From contig CAYQLH010000002.1 of NCBI GenBank assembly GCA_964418385.1, positions 1 through 52,173 of the forward strand: a stretch of 52,173 nucleotides of DNA. Reading direction: 5' to 3'. The notes under the pieces are model-generated. The model had not been told where the DNA came from, did not search any database, and worked only from the letters and a program-made list of their open reading frames with translations. The DNA is from an uncultured Pseudomonadales bacterium. Its GTDB lineage: Bacteria > Patescibacteriota > Microgenomatia > UBA1400 > PJMF01. Position numbers and translations under genes: made by a program. Positions 29,367 to 39,593 of this stretch are shown here, piece after piece. Numbering within the stretch: the stretch's first letter is position 1; every line of letters starts with the position of its first letter.

Positions 29367-31517
29367 GTGGAAAACAATTTATTATTGCAAATTATTGCGG
29401 CTGTTTTTGATATGATTTGGCTTGTGGGAATGATTGTGGCTTTGGTGTGGGGTAGCGGTAAGAATCGCGAGTGTCAGCGTTTGCGTCGTGAAATTGCTAA
29501 GCTGCAAGATGATCTGGCAGCAGTTCAACAGGCGGTTGCGTCTACACATGATGACGAACAGAGTCGCCCGGTAATATCAGTACCGGACGTGCCAGCTGCG
29601 GCCTTAGCTGAAAAGACGAATCCGGTGCCAGCGGTCGCTAAGCCAACACCAAAAATTTTGGTGCCAGGGATGGATTTTGCTCCTGAAGGTCCGCGTGGGA
29701 TGCTGGCCTTGTTTTACTTGGGGGCGTTTTTTGTGATTGCGGCGGCGTGGGCGTTTATTGCGAGCGACTATGGAGCATTGATGCCTGGAGTGAAGACGCT
29801 GGCTTTGGTGGCGGTGACGATGATATTTGCTCTGGGTGGGTATTACTTGGCGCGCCAATCGCGTTGGCGCGTGGCGGGCATTGTGTACGTGGGGATTGCT
29901 TTGATTTTTATTCCTACTGATGGGGTGGCTTATTTCCTTTTTCACGAAGGCGCAGCCAGTGGGACTGGGGTGTGGCTAGTGACGTCGTTGGCTTTTGTGA
30001 CGATGGCGTGGCTGTTTTACCGAAGTGTGCTCAAAAATCAACTCATGCTACAGTTTATCTTGACTGGACTTTTGTCAACGCTGTGGGCGGTGGTGCGCAT
30101 GATGGGAGCGGCGACGCTGACTCCATACTGCGTTGTGGCTTGCGGTTATGGCTATGGGCTTTATTATTTATCGGCGAAATTGGCTGCCAACCAAAAGGCT
30201 TTCGCTGGGTGCGGGACATTATTTGCTCTGGGCGGTGCCGCTTTGGGCGTGGCGGTGAGCTTGTTGACCTGCGTGGGTTACATGCTGACTAATAGTTTGA
30301 GCCAACGCTTCCAGTTGGGACTGGAAACTAAATCCCTACTGGCGGAGCAGTGGTCGGCGATTGCTTTTGCGCTGGCGGGGTTGCTGATGTGCGCTTGGCG
30401 TTTTGCACGGGAGCAGCGCGATGGCGATTGGCACGGAGTGATAATCGCTTTTTTGGTGACGGTGTGGTCACTGATGGTGGTGGCAGGCGTGGATTATGAT
30501 TGGTGGTACCTGGTGATTATGGTTTTGGCGTATGGCGTCAGCGCGATTCTCAATTTAACTCCATGGGCGGACGGCTTGTCACCAGTGCAAAAACGAATTA
30601 CTGCGGGGTGGGCAGCGGCTTTGGCGATCTGGGGAGGTTTTGGTGGGATGGTGATCAATATGCCTTGGGAGCACAGTGTCGCTAATGATTGGTCAGCGCT
30701 GGCTTACACGGTGGCGGCGATGGTGTATTTTGGCGGCAATTATGTGTTGACGCACCGCTTGATTGAGTTGACTGCAAGCGTGCTGTGGGGGACGCAAAGT
30801 GTGGCTGTCGTATTGATCCTTACGCACGCGCCATTGGCTGCTTGGGTGGGCGCAGGGTTTATTTTGAGTTTGGCCGCGGCAAGTGGGTGTTTGCTGCTGC
30901 CGGAGGGGGCGTACAAGCGAGTTTTGTACTGTTATACACTGGTGGTGTCAATGATAGCCTGGGTGCTGAGTATGGCGATTACTGGCGATGGGGCGTGGTT
31001 GATTGCAATCGTGATGGTGGTCAACGTCCTGGCTTTGTATTTACTGGTGGCAAAATACGCGCGCCGGCGCAATAAATACGAATTGGTAAGTTTTTTGTGG
31101 GTAGTGTGGTGGTGGTTTGTGGCTGACAGGCTGGGTTTGGACAGCACACAGTGGTATTCACAAGCGGCAGCGTTGTACTTGCTAGTGGTGGCTTACGGGC
31201 GGTGGTTGCATGAGGAAACGCGAGGAAGCGCTTTGCGAGTGGCGCTGGCAGCGGCGATTTGGAGCGCGCTTTGCTGGTTTGGTGAGCCAAAAGTGGGGCC
31301 GATGATGACGGCTGGTGTGGGTGTGTTGACAGTTTTGTGGGGTCAGTGGTGGCGACAACAGAAGTTGCGACGCGTGGGCGTGGTGATTGTCGTGGTGGGC
31401 ATTTTGGCACAGACCTCATCAATCCTTTTCCACTTGCCGGTGTGGCTGTGGTATGCCTTGATGGCGGTGGGCATTTTGGGCGGAGCGATGTATTATTTGC
31501 GTCGCGAGCAAAAATAA
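29367..31517 (+). CDS. Large polytopic membrane protein (716 aa, ~18-20 TM, W/A/L/G-rich), unknown function
   Basis: Long ORF with almost continuous hydrophobic segments after an N-terminal coiled segment (CQRLRREIAKLQDDLAAVQQAV). Visibly more GC-rich than its neighbours. No family recognised. Confidence 0.65.
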   Translation: MENNLLLQIIAAVFDMIWLVGMIVALVWGSGKNRECQRLRREIAKLQDDLAAVQQAVASTHDDEQSRPVISVPDVPAAALAEKTNPVPAVAKPTPKILVPGMDFAPEGPRGMLALFYLGAFFVIAAAWAFIASDYGALMPGVKTLALVAVTMIFALGGYYLARQSRWRVAGIVYVGIALIFIPTDGVAYFLFHEGAASGTGVWLVTSLAFVTMAWLFYRSVLKNQLMLQFILTGLLSTLWAVVRMMGAATLTPYCVVACGYGYGLYYLSAKLAANQKAFAGCGTLFALGGAALGVAVSLLTCVGYMLTNSLSQRFQLGLETKSLLAEQWSAIAFALAGLLMCAWRFAREQRDGDWHGVIIAFLVTVWSLMVVAGVDYDWWYLVIMVLAYGVSAILNLTPWADGLSPVQKRITAGWAAALAIWGGFGGMVINMPWEHSVANDWSALAYTVAAMVYFGGNYVLTHRLIELTASVLWGTQSVAVVLILTHAPLAAWVGAGFILSLAAASGCLLLPEGAYKRVLYCYTLVVSMIAWVLSMAITGDGAWLIAIVMVVNVLALYLLVAKYARRRNKYELVSFLWVVWWWFVADRLGLDSTQWYSQAAALYLLVVAYGRWLHEETRGSALRVALAAAIWSALCWFGEPKVGPMMTAGVGVLTVLWGQWWRQQKLRRVGVVIVVVGILAQTSSILFHLPVWLWYALMAVGILGGAMYYLRREQK

Positions 31518-31630
31518 AAGTTAAACTTCGATATCAGGTTTGTTTTAAGCGTGGGAAGGCAAATACGGCCTCAGGTTGTTTGGGGGATTAGAAATCCTTC
31601 TAAAAATTAGAAATTATAAAAAAGGCGGGA

Positions 31631-31755
31631 ATTGCGTCATCACTTTACCGAAAAAAGTACGAAAGTATGAAAAATGGTGTGCGCAAATTAGAGCTATTTT
31701 AAGCCTAAATTTGACTTTGTACGCCCTGTGGAGCACAAGTAAAAGGCGAAAATTG
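31631..31755 (+). repeat. 125-bp intergenic direct repeat, copy B
   Basis: Same element as 29155-29279, ~90% identical. It lies between the membrane protein gene and umuC. Confidence 0.9.
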
Positions 31756-31799
31756 AGAATTTGCCTTTGGGTTTTGGTCGGTGTGATACAATAACCGGT

Positions 31800-33119
31800 A
31801 TGAGCAATTTGTGGGCTTTGATTGACGCCAATAACTTTTTTGTGTCGTGCGAGCGCGTTTTTCGTCCAGATTTAAGCGAGAAACCAGTTTTGGTTTTGTC
31901 TTGTAATGACGGTTGTGTGGTGTCGCGATCAGCAGAGGTGAAAGCTTTGGGTATACCCATGGGGGCGCCTCGTTTCCAGATAGAGGCAGAGATTAAAAGA
32001 AATGGTATTGAGTGTTTTTCTAGCAATTTTCGCTTGTATGCAGATTTGTCTTCGCGGATGATGCGCTTGATTGGCGAGGTCGTGGGAAGTGAAAACCAGG
32101 AAATTTATTCAATTGACGAATGCTTTGTGCGGTTGCCGCTGGATCGAGAATGCGATTGGCAAGCCTGGGGTGAGCGTTTGCGAGGGCAGATTTTACAGTC
32201 CTTGGGAATTCCGGTGACGGTGGGTGTGGCGACGAGCAAAACGTTGGCAAAGTTGGCGACGGAAATTGCCAAAAAGGATGTTTTTGGCAAGGGAGCGATG
32301 GCGTGGATGCCTGGAAATATAGAGTGGCAAGAGCGTTATTTGCGACCGGCGCCGATTATGACGGTGTGGGGTTTGGGTCAGGCGACAGTGCATAAACTGC
32401 TGGCAAAACGGGTGGCAACAGTAGGGGATTTTTTGGCGTGGGAGAGCAAGCGAGTGCGGCAATATTTGGGTTTAAACGGTGAGAAAACTTGGCGAGAATT
32501 GCAGGGTGAAAGCTGTATTGAGCTGAAAGAAGCCAAGCCGGCACATCGTCAGATCGGACGGAGCCGTTCTTTTGGGGAAGCGGTGTACACACGGGAGGAA
32601 TTGGCGTACGCGGTGAGCGAATATTTGAGCGCGGCGGCGGGGGCGCTGCGACGACACGGCTGGCGAGCGTCCATGGTGACAGTGAGGATTCGCTCAGGCA
32701 GATATGTGCCGCGAGAACAGTTTTATGCGGCAGCGTGGAGCGTGGGTTTGGAGGAGTCAACTAGCTTTTTGCCAGATCTGGCGTCGGCGGCGATGAAGGC
32801 GCTGGCGCAAATTTACCGACCAGGAGTGGCGTACAAAAAAGCAGGGGTGATTTTAAGCGAAATTGAAAGCGAGGCCGCGTGGCAGCCACAGCTTTTGGAG
32901 CCAGACAAACCAGGACCAGAGGAGGAACAAAAGCAAAAAGTGAGCGCGGCGGTGGAGCAGATTAACCAGCAGTGGGGAGGGTGGGGAGTGACTTTGGGGT
33001 GGGCAGGTGGCGGCAAGAATGCGGGCGGCAAGGCAGTGTGGCAAAAATGGCGTTCGCGGGCGACACGGCGTTCGCCGCAGTATACCTCGCGCTGGGAAGA
33101 ACTACGCCGGGTGCAATAA
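31800..33119 (+). CDS. umuC: Y-family translesion DNA polymerase, UmuC-like
   Basis: MSNLWALIDANNFFVSCERVFRPDLSEKPVLVLSCNDGCVVSRSAEVKALGIPMGAP...YSIDECF is colinear with E. coli UmuC (MFALCDVNAFYASCETVFRPDL...VVVLSNNDGCVIARNAEAKALG...YSIDEAF). TGaTACAAT 31784-31792 lies 7 nt before ATG 31800. Confidence 0.9.
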   Translation: MSNLWALIDANNFFVSCERVFRPDLSEKPVLVLSCNDGCVVSRSAEVKALGIPMGAPRFQIEAEIKRNGIECFSSNFRLYADLSSRMMRLIGEVVGSENQEIYSIDECFVRLPLDRECDWQAWGERLRGQILQSLGIPVTVGVATSKTLAKLATEIAKKDVFGKGAMAWMPGNIEWQERYLRPAPIMTVWGLGQATVHKLLAKRVATVGDFLAWESKRVRQYLGLNGEKTWRELQGESCIELKEAKPAHRQIGRSRSFGEAVYTREELAYAVSEYLSAAAGALRRHGWRASMVTVRIRSGRYVPREQFYAAAWSVGLEESTSFLPDLASAAMKALAQIYRPGVAYKKAGVILSEIESEAAWQPQLLEPDKPGPEEEQKQKVSAAVEQINQQWGGWGVTLGWAGGGKNAGGKAVWQKWRSRATRRSPQYTSRWEELRRVQ

Positions 33120-33316
33120 ATGGAGTAATTTTTGTGTACGAAATATTAAAATAATGCTTAAAAATAGGTAAAAATTTGTGTAAAAATGTGATATAAATTG
33201 GGTCGTGCGAGCGTAGGCGCTTTTTTGAGATCATTGGCGGTGGGGAATTAACGCTTTAATAAGCGCAAACAAGTGGCGCAAAATCTGACTGATGAAGAAA
33301 TTGTTAAACACAATCC

Positions 33317-36009
33317 TTGTCTACTCTCTCTAACGAGGCAAATGAGGTCTATAAAAAGGTTTTAGAGCAATTAAACCCAGAGGGCAAAGAATTAAGCCAA
33401 GAGCAAAAAGTACAAAACGAGACTAACGCGGTACTGCTTACCCGTATGGCGGAAACGCAAGCGCAAGCGTTAAACCGAAATCCAGAACTGGCAAAAAAGA
33501 TCTATGGGAAAGAAAAAGTCACGGCAGAAGATGTTAAAAACCAGGTATTCAAGATTGAGTATGGAGAGAAAGCGGTAAAGCAAGACGCACAAAACCAGGT
33601 GCTAGATCAGGGATACGATTATGGAAAACACATGAGTAACAATGCAGTGTCTGCATATGATGACGGTAAAATGCCACTGTCTAAATGGACAAAAAACGCA
33701 ATATTAGATCAAATCGATGATTTAGATGACTCCAAACTAGAATTAGCTCAGTTGCTTACACTCAAAGAATTAAAAAATGAATTACTGCAATGGACGGAGT
33801 GGCACCACACTGGAATTTTTTACGATAATACGGATTTTTACGGTATAAACAAAGCCGCGCTCGAAAGATTGGATAAAAAACGAGTAGCCGAAATTAAAGG
33901 CTGGACTGTAGATAAAGTAGACCAAAAAATAAAACAAAAGGTAGAAAGAGAAAAGGAAGCCCAAAGAAAGAAAGAGGAAGAGAAAAAGCAAAGAGAAATA
34001 AAAGAAAAAGACGAAGAAAAAAAATTAAAACAATTCAAAAAAGAAGGAAAAGCAATTGAGACAATCCCAAGAAACTGGGGCATTGATGAGATTTCTCGTG
34101 GTGAAAAAACTCTTTCTAATTATCGCCAGATTACTTACGATGGTGAAAAATACTATGTACCACTTGATACTTTTACAAATATAGGCAAGCTGCAAGATCA
34201 AAGGTCTTTTTTGGAAAACGCAAGAGAAAAGGGCAGGATCTTGGAAGCAATACCGTCACAATGGGATAGAGATGCGATACCGGAAATTACCGCTGCCCGT
34301 ACAGATGGAGACGATGTTTATGTTGGCGTCAAAGAGCCAGGTCATAAAAATGGAAAAGCATATTGGATAAACTCGGAAAATGAAGCAATCCAAGAACTAT
34401 TGCGAAAATCTAGACCTTACCGGAAATTACCGCTGCCCGTACAGATGGAGACGATGTTTATGTTGGCGTCAAAGAGCCAGGTCATAAAAATGGAAAAGCA
34501 TATTGGATAAACTCGGAAAATGAAGCAATCCAAGAACTATTGCGAAAATCTAGACCTTATGAAATGGATGACGCCCAAAAGATTTTAAAGAGTGTTTATG
34601 GTAATTCTTCCAGCAACGACGAAGCAAACAACTTGGTATTTGATCAGAAAAACGGCGTCACTGTAAAGGGTGATGAGTTTGGTGAGTATAAAGACCTTAG
34701 AGACTTGAGACAGAAGGCAGCGCAATATTATAGAGAAAACTTGCAAGGAACTAGCGTCTACAATCCTATCCTCGGCAAGATTGATATTGACGAGAATGGC
34801 ATTGTAAACTTTACTTCTTCTGGTAGAAAGGAAATGAAAAATACAAGCGCAAAGGAGAATAAGCTTTTACTTGTCAAGTACTTACCAAAACTTATTAAAA
34901 ACGCAACCGATATTGCATCTAGTGAGTCTATAAAAGAAAAGCACGACGGTGATTACTTTTACTATTTACACACTAACTCTATGATTGGGAATGAAATCAT
35001 ACCTGTAGATATTACGCTAATTAAAAGACCTAATGGTGATATCCAATATTACAATCATATACTTCCATCTGAAGAAAAACAAAAGGATACGCCAGTATCT
35101 TCAAGATCAGTATCTCCTAATGGAGCCCTCGACACCAAGACTTTTAACGTATCCTCAATTGGTGATAGTATACCACAAAACGACCGCAATGTCAAGGTTT
35201 TTGACCAAGCCATCGCTAATCAGATCAAAGGTCAAGCCATCATTAAGCAAAACGAAGCCGTGATTAAACTCCTCGATAAAGCCGATGCCTCTACCCTTAT
35301 GCACGAGGCGGCTCACGTGTATTTGCAACAACTCTATACTCTCGCCTCTTTTGAGGGTGTAGATGAGCAGACCAAGAAAGACTTTAACACTTTGGCTCGC
35401 TGGCTAGACTATGACCCTAAACAAGGTAAACTGACCACTAAACAGCAAGAAAAGTTTGCCAGAGGTTTTGAAGCTTATTTACGTACTGGTCAGACTCAAG
35501 TTAAAAACCTCAAGGGTGTATTTAACCGCTTTAAACAGTGGTTATCCGACATTTACAAGACGTTTAAAGAGTTAGGCGGTAAACCATCGAAAGAAGTTAG
35601 AGACGTCATGGAGCGGATGGTTGCGACAGACTCTGAGATTAAGCAAGCACAAGGTGAAGCCGCCGTGGCTAAAGCTAACGAACGTAAAACCACACAGTAT
35701 TGGGAGAAAGCCGTCAAAAAGGCATATCCTAAGTTCTCTAAAGAGTTCAGAGACTCTATGGCAGATATACTTGTATGGATGCAGTCTGGAATGGGTCAAG
35801 GTGTTTCAAGTGCTCTGGTCTATGACCAAGAAGGTCAGGGTTACAACGTGATCGCACGGCTTACATCGAGCAATAATGACCCGTGGTATCAGGAATGGTA
35901 TGCGCAAAACCACAAAAAGCCAAATATTGGAGAGCAGATTTGGTTTTTGTTTGAAACATTTAATGCAAAAACTGCGAGTATTATGGAATGTATTATTAAT
36001 AATAATTAA
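33317..36009 (+). pseudogene. Polyvalent-type mobile-element protein (LPD-like modules plus HExxH metallopeptidase motif), disrupted by a 140-bp tandem duplication and probably 5'-degraded
   Basis: ORFs 33317..34510 and 34540..36009 are in frames that differ by 140 mod 3. Deleting one duplicate copy fuses them (...ENEAIQELLRKSRPYEMDDAQKIL...) into one 850-aa ORF. HEAAH is at 35302-35316. There is a K/E-rich coiled segment. The start is TTG with no SD or -10, and an in-frame stop lies 12 nt upstream. Confidence 0.7.
34278..34559 (+). repeat. Perfect 140-bp tandem duplication (2 copies) with TA(C) junction microhomology
   Basis: 34280-34419 is identical to 34420-34559 at 140/140 positions (ccggaaattaccgctgcccgtacagatggag...gcgaaaatctagacctta). 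140 is not divisible by 3. Confidence 0.95.
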
Positions 36010-36505
36010 TAATAGTGAGCGCAATAAGTTTTGTTAATTATTTTAATATTTATTTTTTGTTTGTCGTTAAAGATTATTTTTTTAAACAATGTTAAGTTGC
36101 AAAATGCATTGGTTTTGTTTTAAATTTTGTTGATATATAGTGAAAAATATGTATTAAAATTTTTTTGAAAAAAGTTGTTTAATTAACGATTTATATTATT
36201 TTATTTGTCAAATATGTAAAGCACACAAATGTAATTATTATTTTAAATTTTTTATTTTAAAACAATTTTAAAAATGATTTTGATTTTTTATAGAATGTAT
36301 GATGCGTCGTTAATGTTTAATTGTAAAGTATTGTTTTGTAATTTTGAAAAACGTTTGTTAACTTTGAAAGTTAAAAACAAAATGAAACTATTCAGTTGTT
36401 AAATCTATTTATTACTAATGCTGTTTGTATGCAGTATTGGTTTTAAAACACTGTGTGATTTTATAGAGGCTTTTTGGCGTGCAAAAATGTCTCGCGCAAA
36501 AAGTC

Positions 36506-36534
36506 TTGACAAAAGCAGTGGGGCGTGTTACAAT
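36506..36534 (+). promoter_or_regulatory. Consensus promoter of rho, giving a ~117-nt leader
   Basis: TTGACA (36506-36511), 17 nt, TACAAT (36529-36534). The rho ATG is at 36658. Confidence 0.7.
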
Positions 36535-36657
36535 AACTTCATTCTTATGATGATGAAGTAATACGAATTAGTTTTCCCGCAGGGTGGTTGTTTTTTAGGA
36601 TAGTGAAAGACACTTGTCGTTGGTAACGACTCATGCGGAAAACGGAAAGAATTTTCT

Positions 36658-38448
36658 ATGATGCAAGATGAACAAAAAATACCTGCTGCGGTGGCGTCGG
36701 TGAATCCAAAAACTACAGATATGAACACAGCAAAACGGACACGCAGAAAAAAAGAAGCAGCAGAAGTGGCAGGAGTGAGTCCGGTGTTACCAGCGAGCAG
36801 TGTGATTTCTCGCGCAAGTGCAGATTTAGGTTTGGAGAAAAAACCGATTAAAATGTCAGTGCCAGTGGTGCCGCTGATGGCGGAAGCACCGCCAGCAGTG
36901 TCAATTGCCAGCGCGGCAGTCCCTCCAAAGCCAACGAGCAAACGCTTGAAGGCACTTTTGAGTGTAGGAATTGCGAACGAAAAGAAAAGTACAAGCAGAG
37001 CGACGGTGACCGCACCCAAGACAGGCCCTGCAGGTCAGCTGGATGCGGTTGACTCCACCAAGTCAGCAGCTGCGTCTTCGTCGGTGTCACCGGCGTTGGC
37101 GCCAATAGCAGCGGAGCAAACAAAACCATTGATTGGTAGTGCGAGCACGGCGTCGATACCAAAACCCGCGGCAGGTCAAACGCCAACAGCGATGAATTAC
37201 GCCGGTTTGGTGTCAGCAGCGAGTTTGGGTAAAAGAAATAAGGTTTTTGCCAAGCGGGTGGGTTTTGGGAAACCAACGACGGTGAGTCAAAATACATCGG
37301 CGAGTGTGAGTAGCAGCAAATTAACACGACAGGTGAGTGGTTTTTTGGATACTTTCCGGGAAAACTTGCCAGTAGTGCGCTTGCGCTATGGAGAAAGTGA
37401 AGAAGACGCTTTTGTGCCGCCAAATATGATGCGTAAGTACAAATTGCAGCCTGGAGACGTCATTGAGGGCACAGCGCGCGAACCCAAGGAAACAGATCGC
37501 TATTGGGGTTTGGTGTCGATTGAAAAGGTCAACGGCATGAGTTTGGAGGAATATTTGAGCAAACCGCGGGTGAAATTCCATCAATTAACGCCGGTTTATC
37601 CAGATGAACAGATTAAATTGGAAACAGGTGCGGAACCGATTTCAACGCGGATGGTGGATTTGATTGCTCCTATTGGTAAAGGGCAGCGGTCTTTGATCGT
37701 GTCGCCGCCAAAAGCTGGAAAGACGAGTTTGCTGAAAGAAATTGCGACCGGCGTGGCGACAAATTATCCAGATATTTTCTTGATGGCAGTTTTGATTGGT
37801 GAACGTCCCGAAGAAGTGACGGATTTACGACGTCACATTGAAAAGATCACCCAAGGTAAAGGCGAAGTGGCGGCAAGTAATTTTGACGAAGCGGCAGAAA
37901 ACCAATGCCGGGTGGCGGAATTGGCGTTGGAGCGAGCCAAACGCTTGGTGGAAAAAGGCATGGATGTGGTGATTCTTTTGGATTCGATTACGCGGTTGGC
38001 GCGGGCATACAATTTATCAATTCCGACTTCTGGAAGAACGTTGTCTGGTGGTTTTGATCCGGCGGCACTTTTCCCGCCCAAACGCTTTTTTGGAGCGGCG
38101 CGAAATTTTGAGGTGCCAGGCAGCCTGACTATTATTGGGACGGCTTTAGTGGACACTGGTTCACGAATGGATGATTTGGTGTACGAGGAATTTAAAGGCA
38201 CTGGCAATCAAGAGCTGCATTTGGATCGACGTTTGGCAGAAAGACGGATTTTCCCAGCAATTGAAGTACAAAAATCTGGGACACGGCGTGATGATTTGTT
38301 GATGGATCCGGTGACGTATCAATCAGTTTTAACTTTGCAACGGATGTTGGATACATTGGATAACGGCGAACGCACCGTGACGCTGATGCAACAAATGCGA
38401 CGTACCAAAAGCAATCGGGAATTTTTGCAATCACTGCGCAACGGTTAA
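36658..38448 (+). CDS. rho: Transcription termination factor Rho with ~225-aa low-complexity N-terminal extension
   Basis: OB/RNA-binding part is YGESEEDAFVPPNMMRKYKLQPGDVIEG. Walker A is GKGQRSLIVSPPKAGKTSLL, Walker B is VVILLDSITRLARAYN, followed by RFFGAARN and GTGNQELHLDRRLAERRIFPAIEV. Confidence 0.95.
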   Translation: MMQDEQKIPAAVASVNPKTTDMNTAKRTRRKKEAAEVAGVSPVLPASSVISRASADLGLEKKPIKMSVPVVPLMAEAPPAVSIASAAVPPKPTSKRLKALLSVGIANEKKSTSRATVTAPKTGPAGQLDAVDSTKSAAASSSVSPALAPIAAEQTKPLIGSASTASIPKPAAGQTPTAMNYAGLVSAASLGKRNKVFAKRVGFGKPTTVSQNTSASVSSSKLTRQVSGFLDTFRENLPVVRLRYGESEEDAFVPPNMMRKYKLQPGDVIEGTAREPKETDRYWGLVSIEKVNGMSLEEYLSKPRVKFHQLTPVYPDEQIKLETGAEPISTRMVDLIAPIGKGQRSLIVSPPKAGKTSLLKEIATGVATNYPDIFLMAVLIGERPEEVTDLRRHIEKITQGKGEVAASNFDEAAENQCRVAELALERAKRLVEKGMDVVILLDSITRLARAYNLSIPTSGRTLSGGFDPAALFPPKRFFGAARNFEVPGSLTIIGTALVDTGSRMDDLVYEEFKGTGNQELHLDRRLAERRIFPAIEVQKSGTRRDDLLMDPVTYQSVLTLQRMLDTLDNGERTVTLMQQMRRTKSNREFLQSLRNG

Positions 38449-38463
38449 CAGTTTTTGATAAAT

Positions 38464-39591
38464 ATGAATAATAAAAAATCTGGAAAAACCAAGCAAAAAT
38501 GGCAAGATATCCAACTTTTTACTGATTTGAGTGAGTATCTGGATTTTTGGCATCGGTATTTGCGGATGCGGGTGTACACACCGTTTTCATATTTTGAAAA
38601 AGGTAAAGATGTGGTGGTGGGCGGCCTATACAATGATCGTGGCAAAAAATCACGACCGATTATGCATATTGGCGTGGTGGCCACGGCGTTTGTGGTGGTA
38701 ACTTTGGGTCCGAGAGTTTTTGAAGAAACGGCGCGACATGATGCTGGCATGAGTAGTGATGTTTTGGCGGCAGACGCAGATGAAGTCAGTTTTTACACCA
38801 TGCAAGCGGAGGAAGTGCGGGCGCTGCGTGGTGGTGAAGTCACGTATCACACCGTTAAAGACGGGGAAACTTTGGAATCAATTGCGGGACAGTATGGCTT
38901 GAAAAAAGAAACGTTGATGTGGGAAAATAATTTGAAAGAAAAAGCCACGTTGAATGAAGGTGATAAATTGCGAATTTTACCAGTGGATGGTATCCGGCAC
39001 AAAGTGGCCAAAGGTGAGACGATTGAGAGTATTGGTAAAAAATACGGTTTGGAGGGCGCTGCTGTCCAGGCGATTGTCGATTTTCCGTTTAACGATTTTG
39101 TCAACGATGAGACTTTCGAGTTGGCAGTGGGGCAGTATTTGATGGTGCCTGGTGGAGAAAAGAAAACCGTGGCAGCGCCGACAGCAACTTACGCCCGCGT
39201 GTTGACGCCAGATGCAGGTACGGTGAGTGCCACCGGAGACTTTATATGGCCGGCAGCAGGGATGATTACTCAGGGTTACTCGTTTTACCACAAAGCAATT
39301 GATATTGCCAATGGTGGCGGTGGCCCGATTTTGGCAGCGGATAGTGGCATTGTCACCGCTTCTGGTTGGGATAGCTCTGGTTATGGTAATCGTGTGATTG
39401 TGGATCATGGTAATGGTTCGCGAACGCTTTATGCGCACTTGCGTGTTTTGAACGTGACTGAAGGTCAAAGCGTGAATCGCGGTGACATGCTGGGAGAAAT
39501 GGGTTCCACTGGTCGGTCTACAGGTACACATTTACATTTTGAAATTCGACAAGATTCGGTGCTTTTAAATCCGATGAATTATTTAAGGTAA
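38464..39591 (+). CDS. LysM-domain M23 family metallopeptidase (peptidoglycan hydrolase)
   Basis: Two LysM modules (YHTVKDGETLESIAGQYGL..., HKVAKGETIESIGKKYGL...). The M23 core reads YHKAIDIA...GNRVIVDHGNGSRTLYAHL...GSTGRSTGTHLHFEI. The alternative TTG start is at 38455. Confidence 0.9.
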   Translation: MNNKKSGKTKQKWQDIQLFTDLSEYLDFWHRYLRMRVYTPFSYFEKGKDVVVGGLYNDRGKKSRPIMHIGVVATAFVVVTLGPRVFEETARHDAGMSSDVLAADADEVSFYTMQAEEVRALRGGEVTYHTVKDGETLESIAGQYGLKKETLMWENNLKEKATLNEGDKLRILPVDGIRHKVAKGETIESIGKKYGLEGAAVQAIVDFPFNDFVNDETFELAVGQYLMVPGGEKKTVAAPTATYARVLTPDAGTVSATGDFIWPAAGMITQGYSFYHKAIDIANGGGGPILAADSGIVTASGWDSSGYGNRVIVDHGNGSRTLYAHLRVLNVTEGQSVNRGDMLGEMGSTGRSTGTHLHFEIRQDSVLLNPMNYLR

Positions 39592-39593
39592 GC

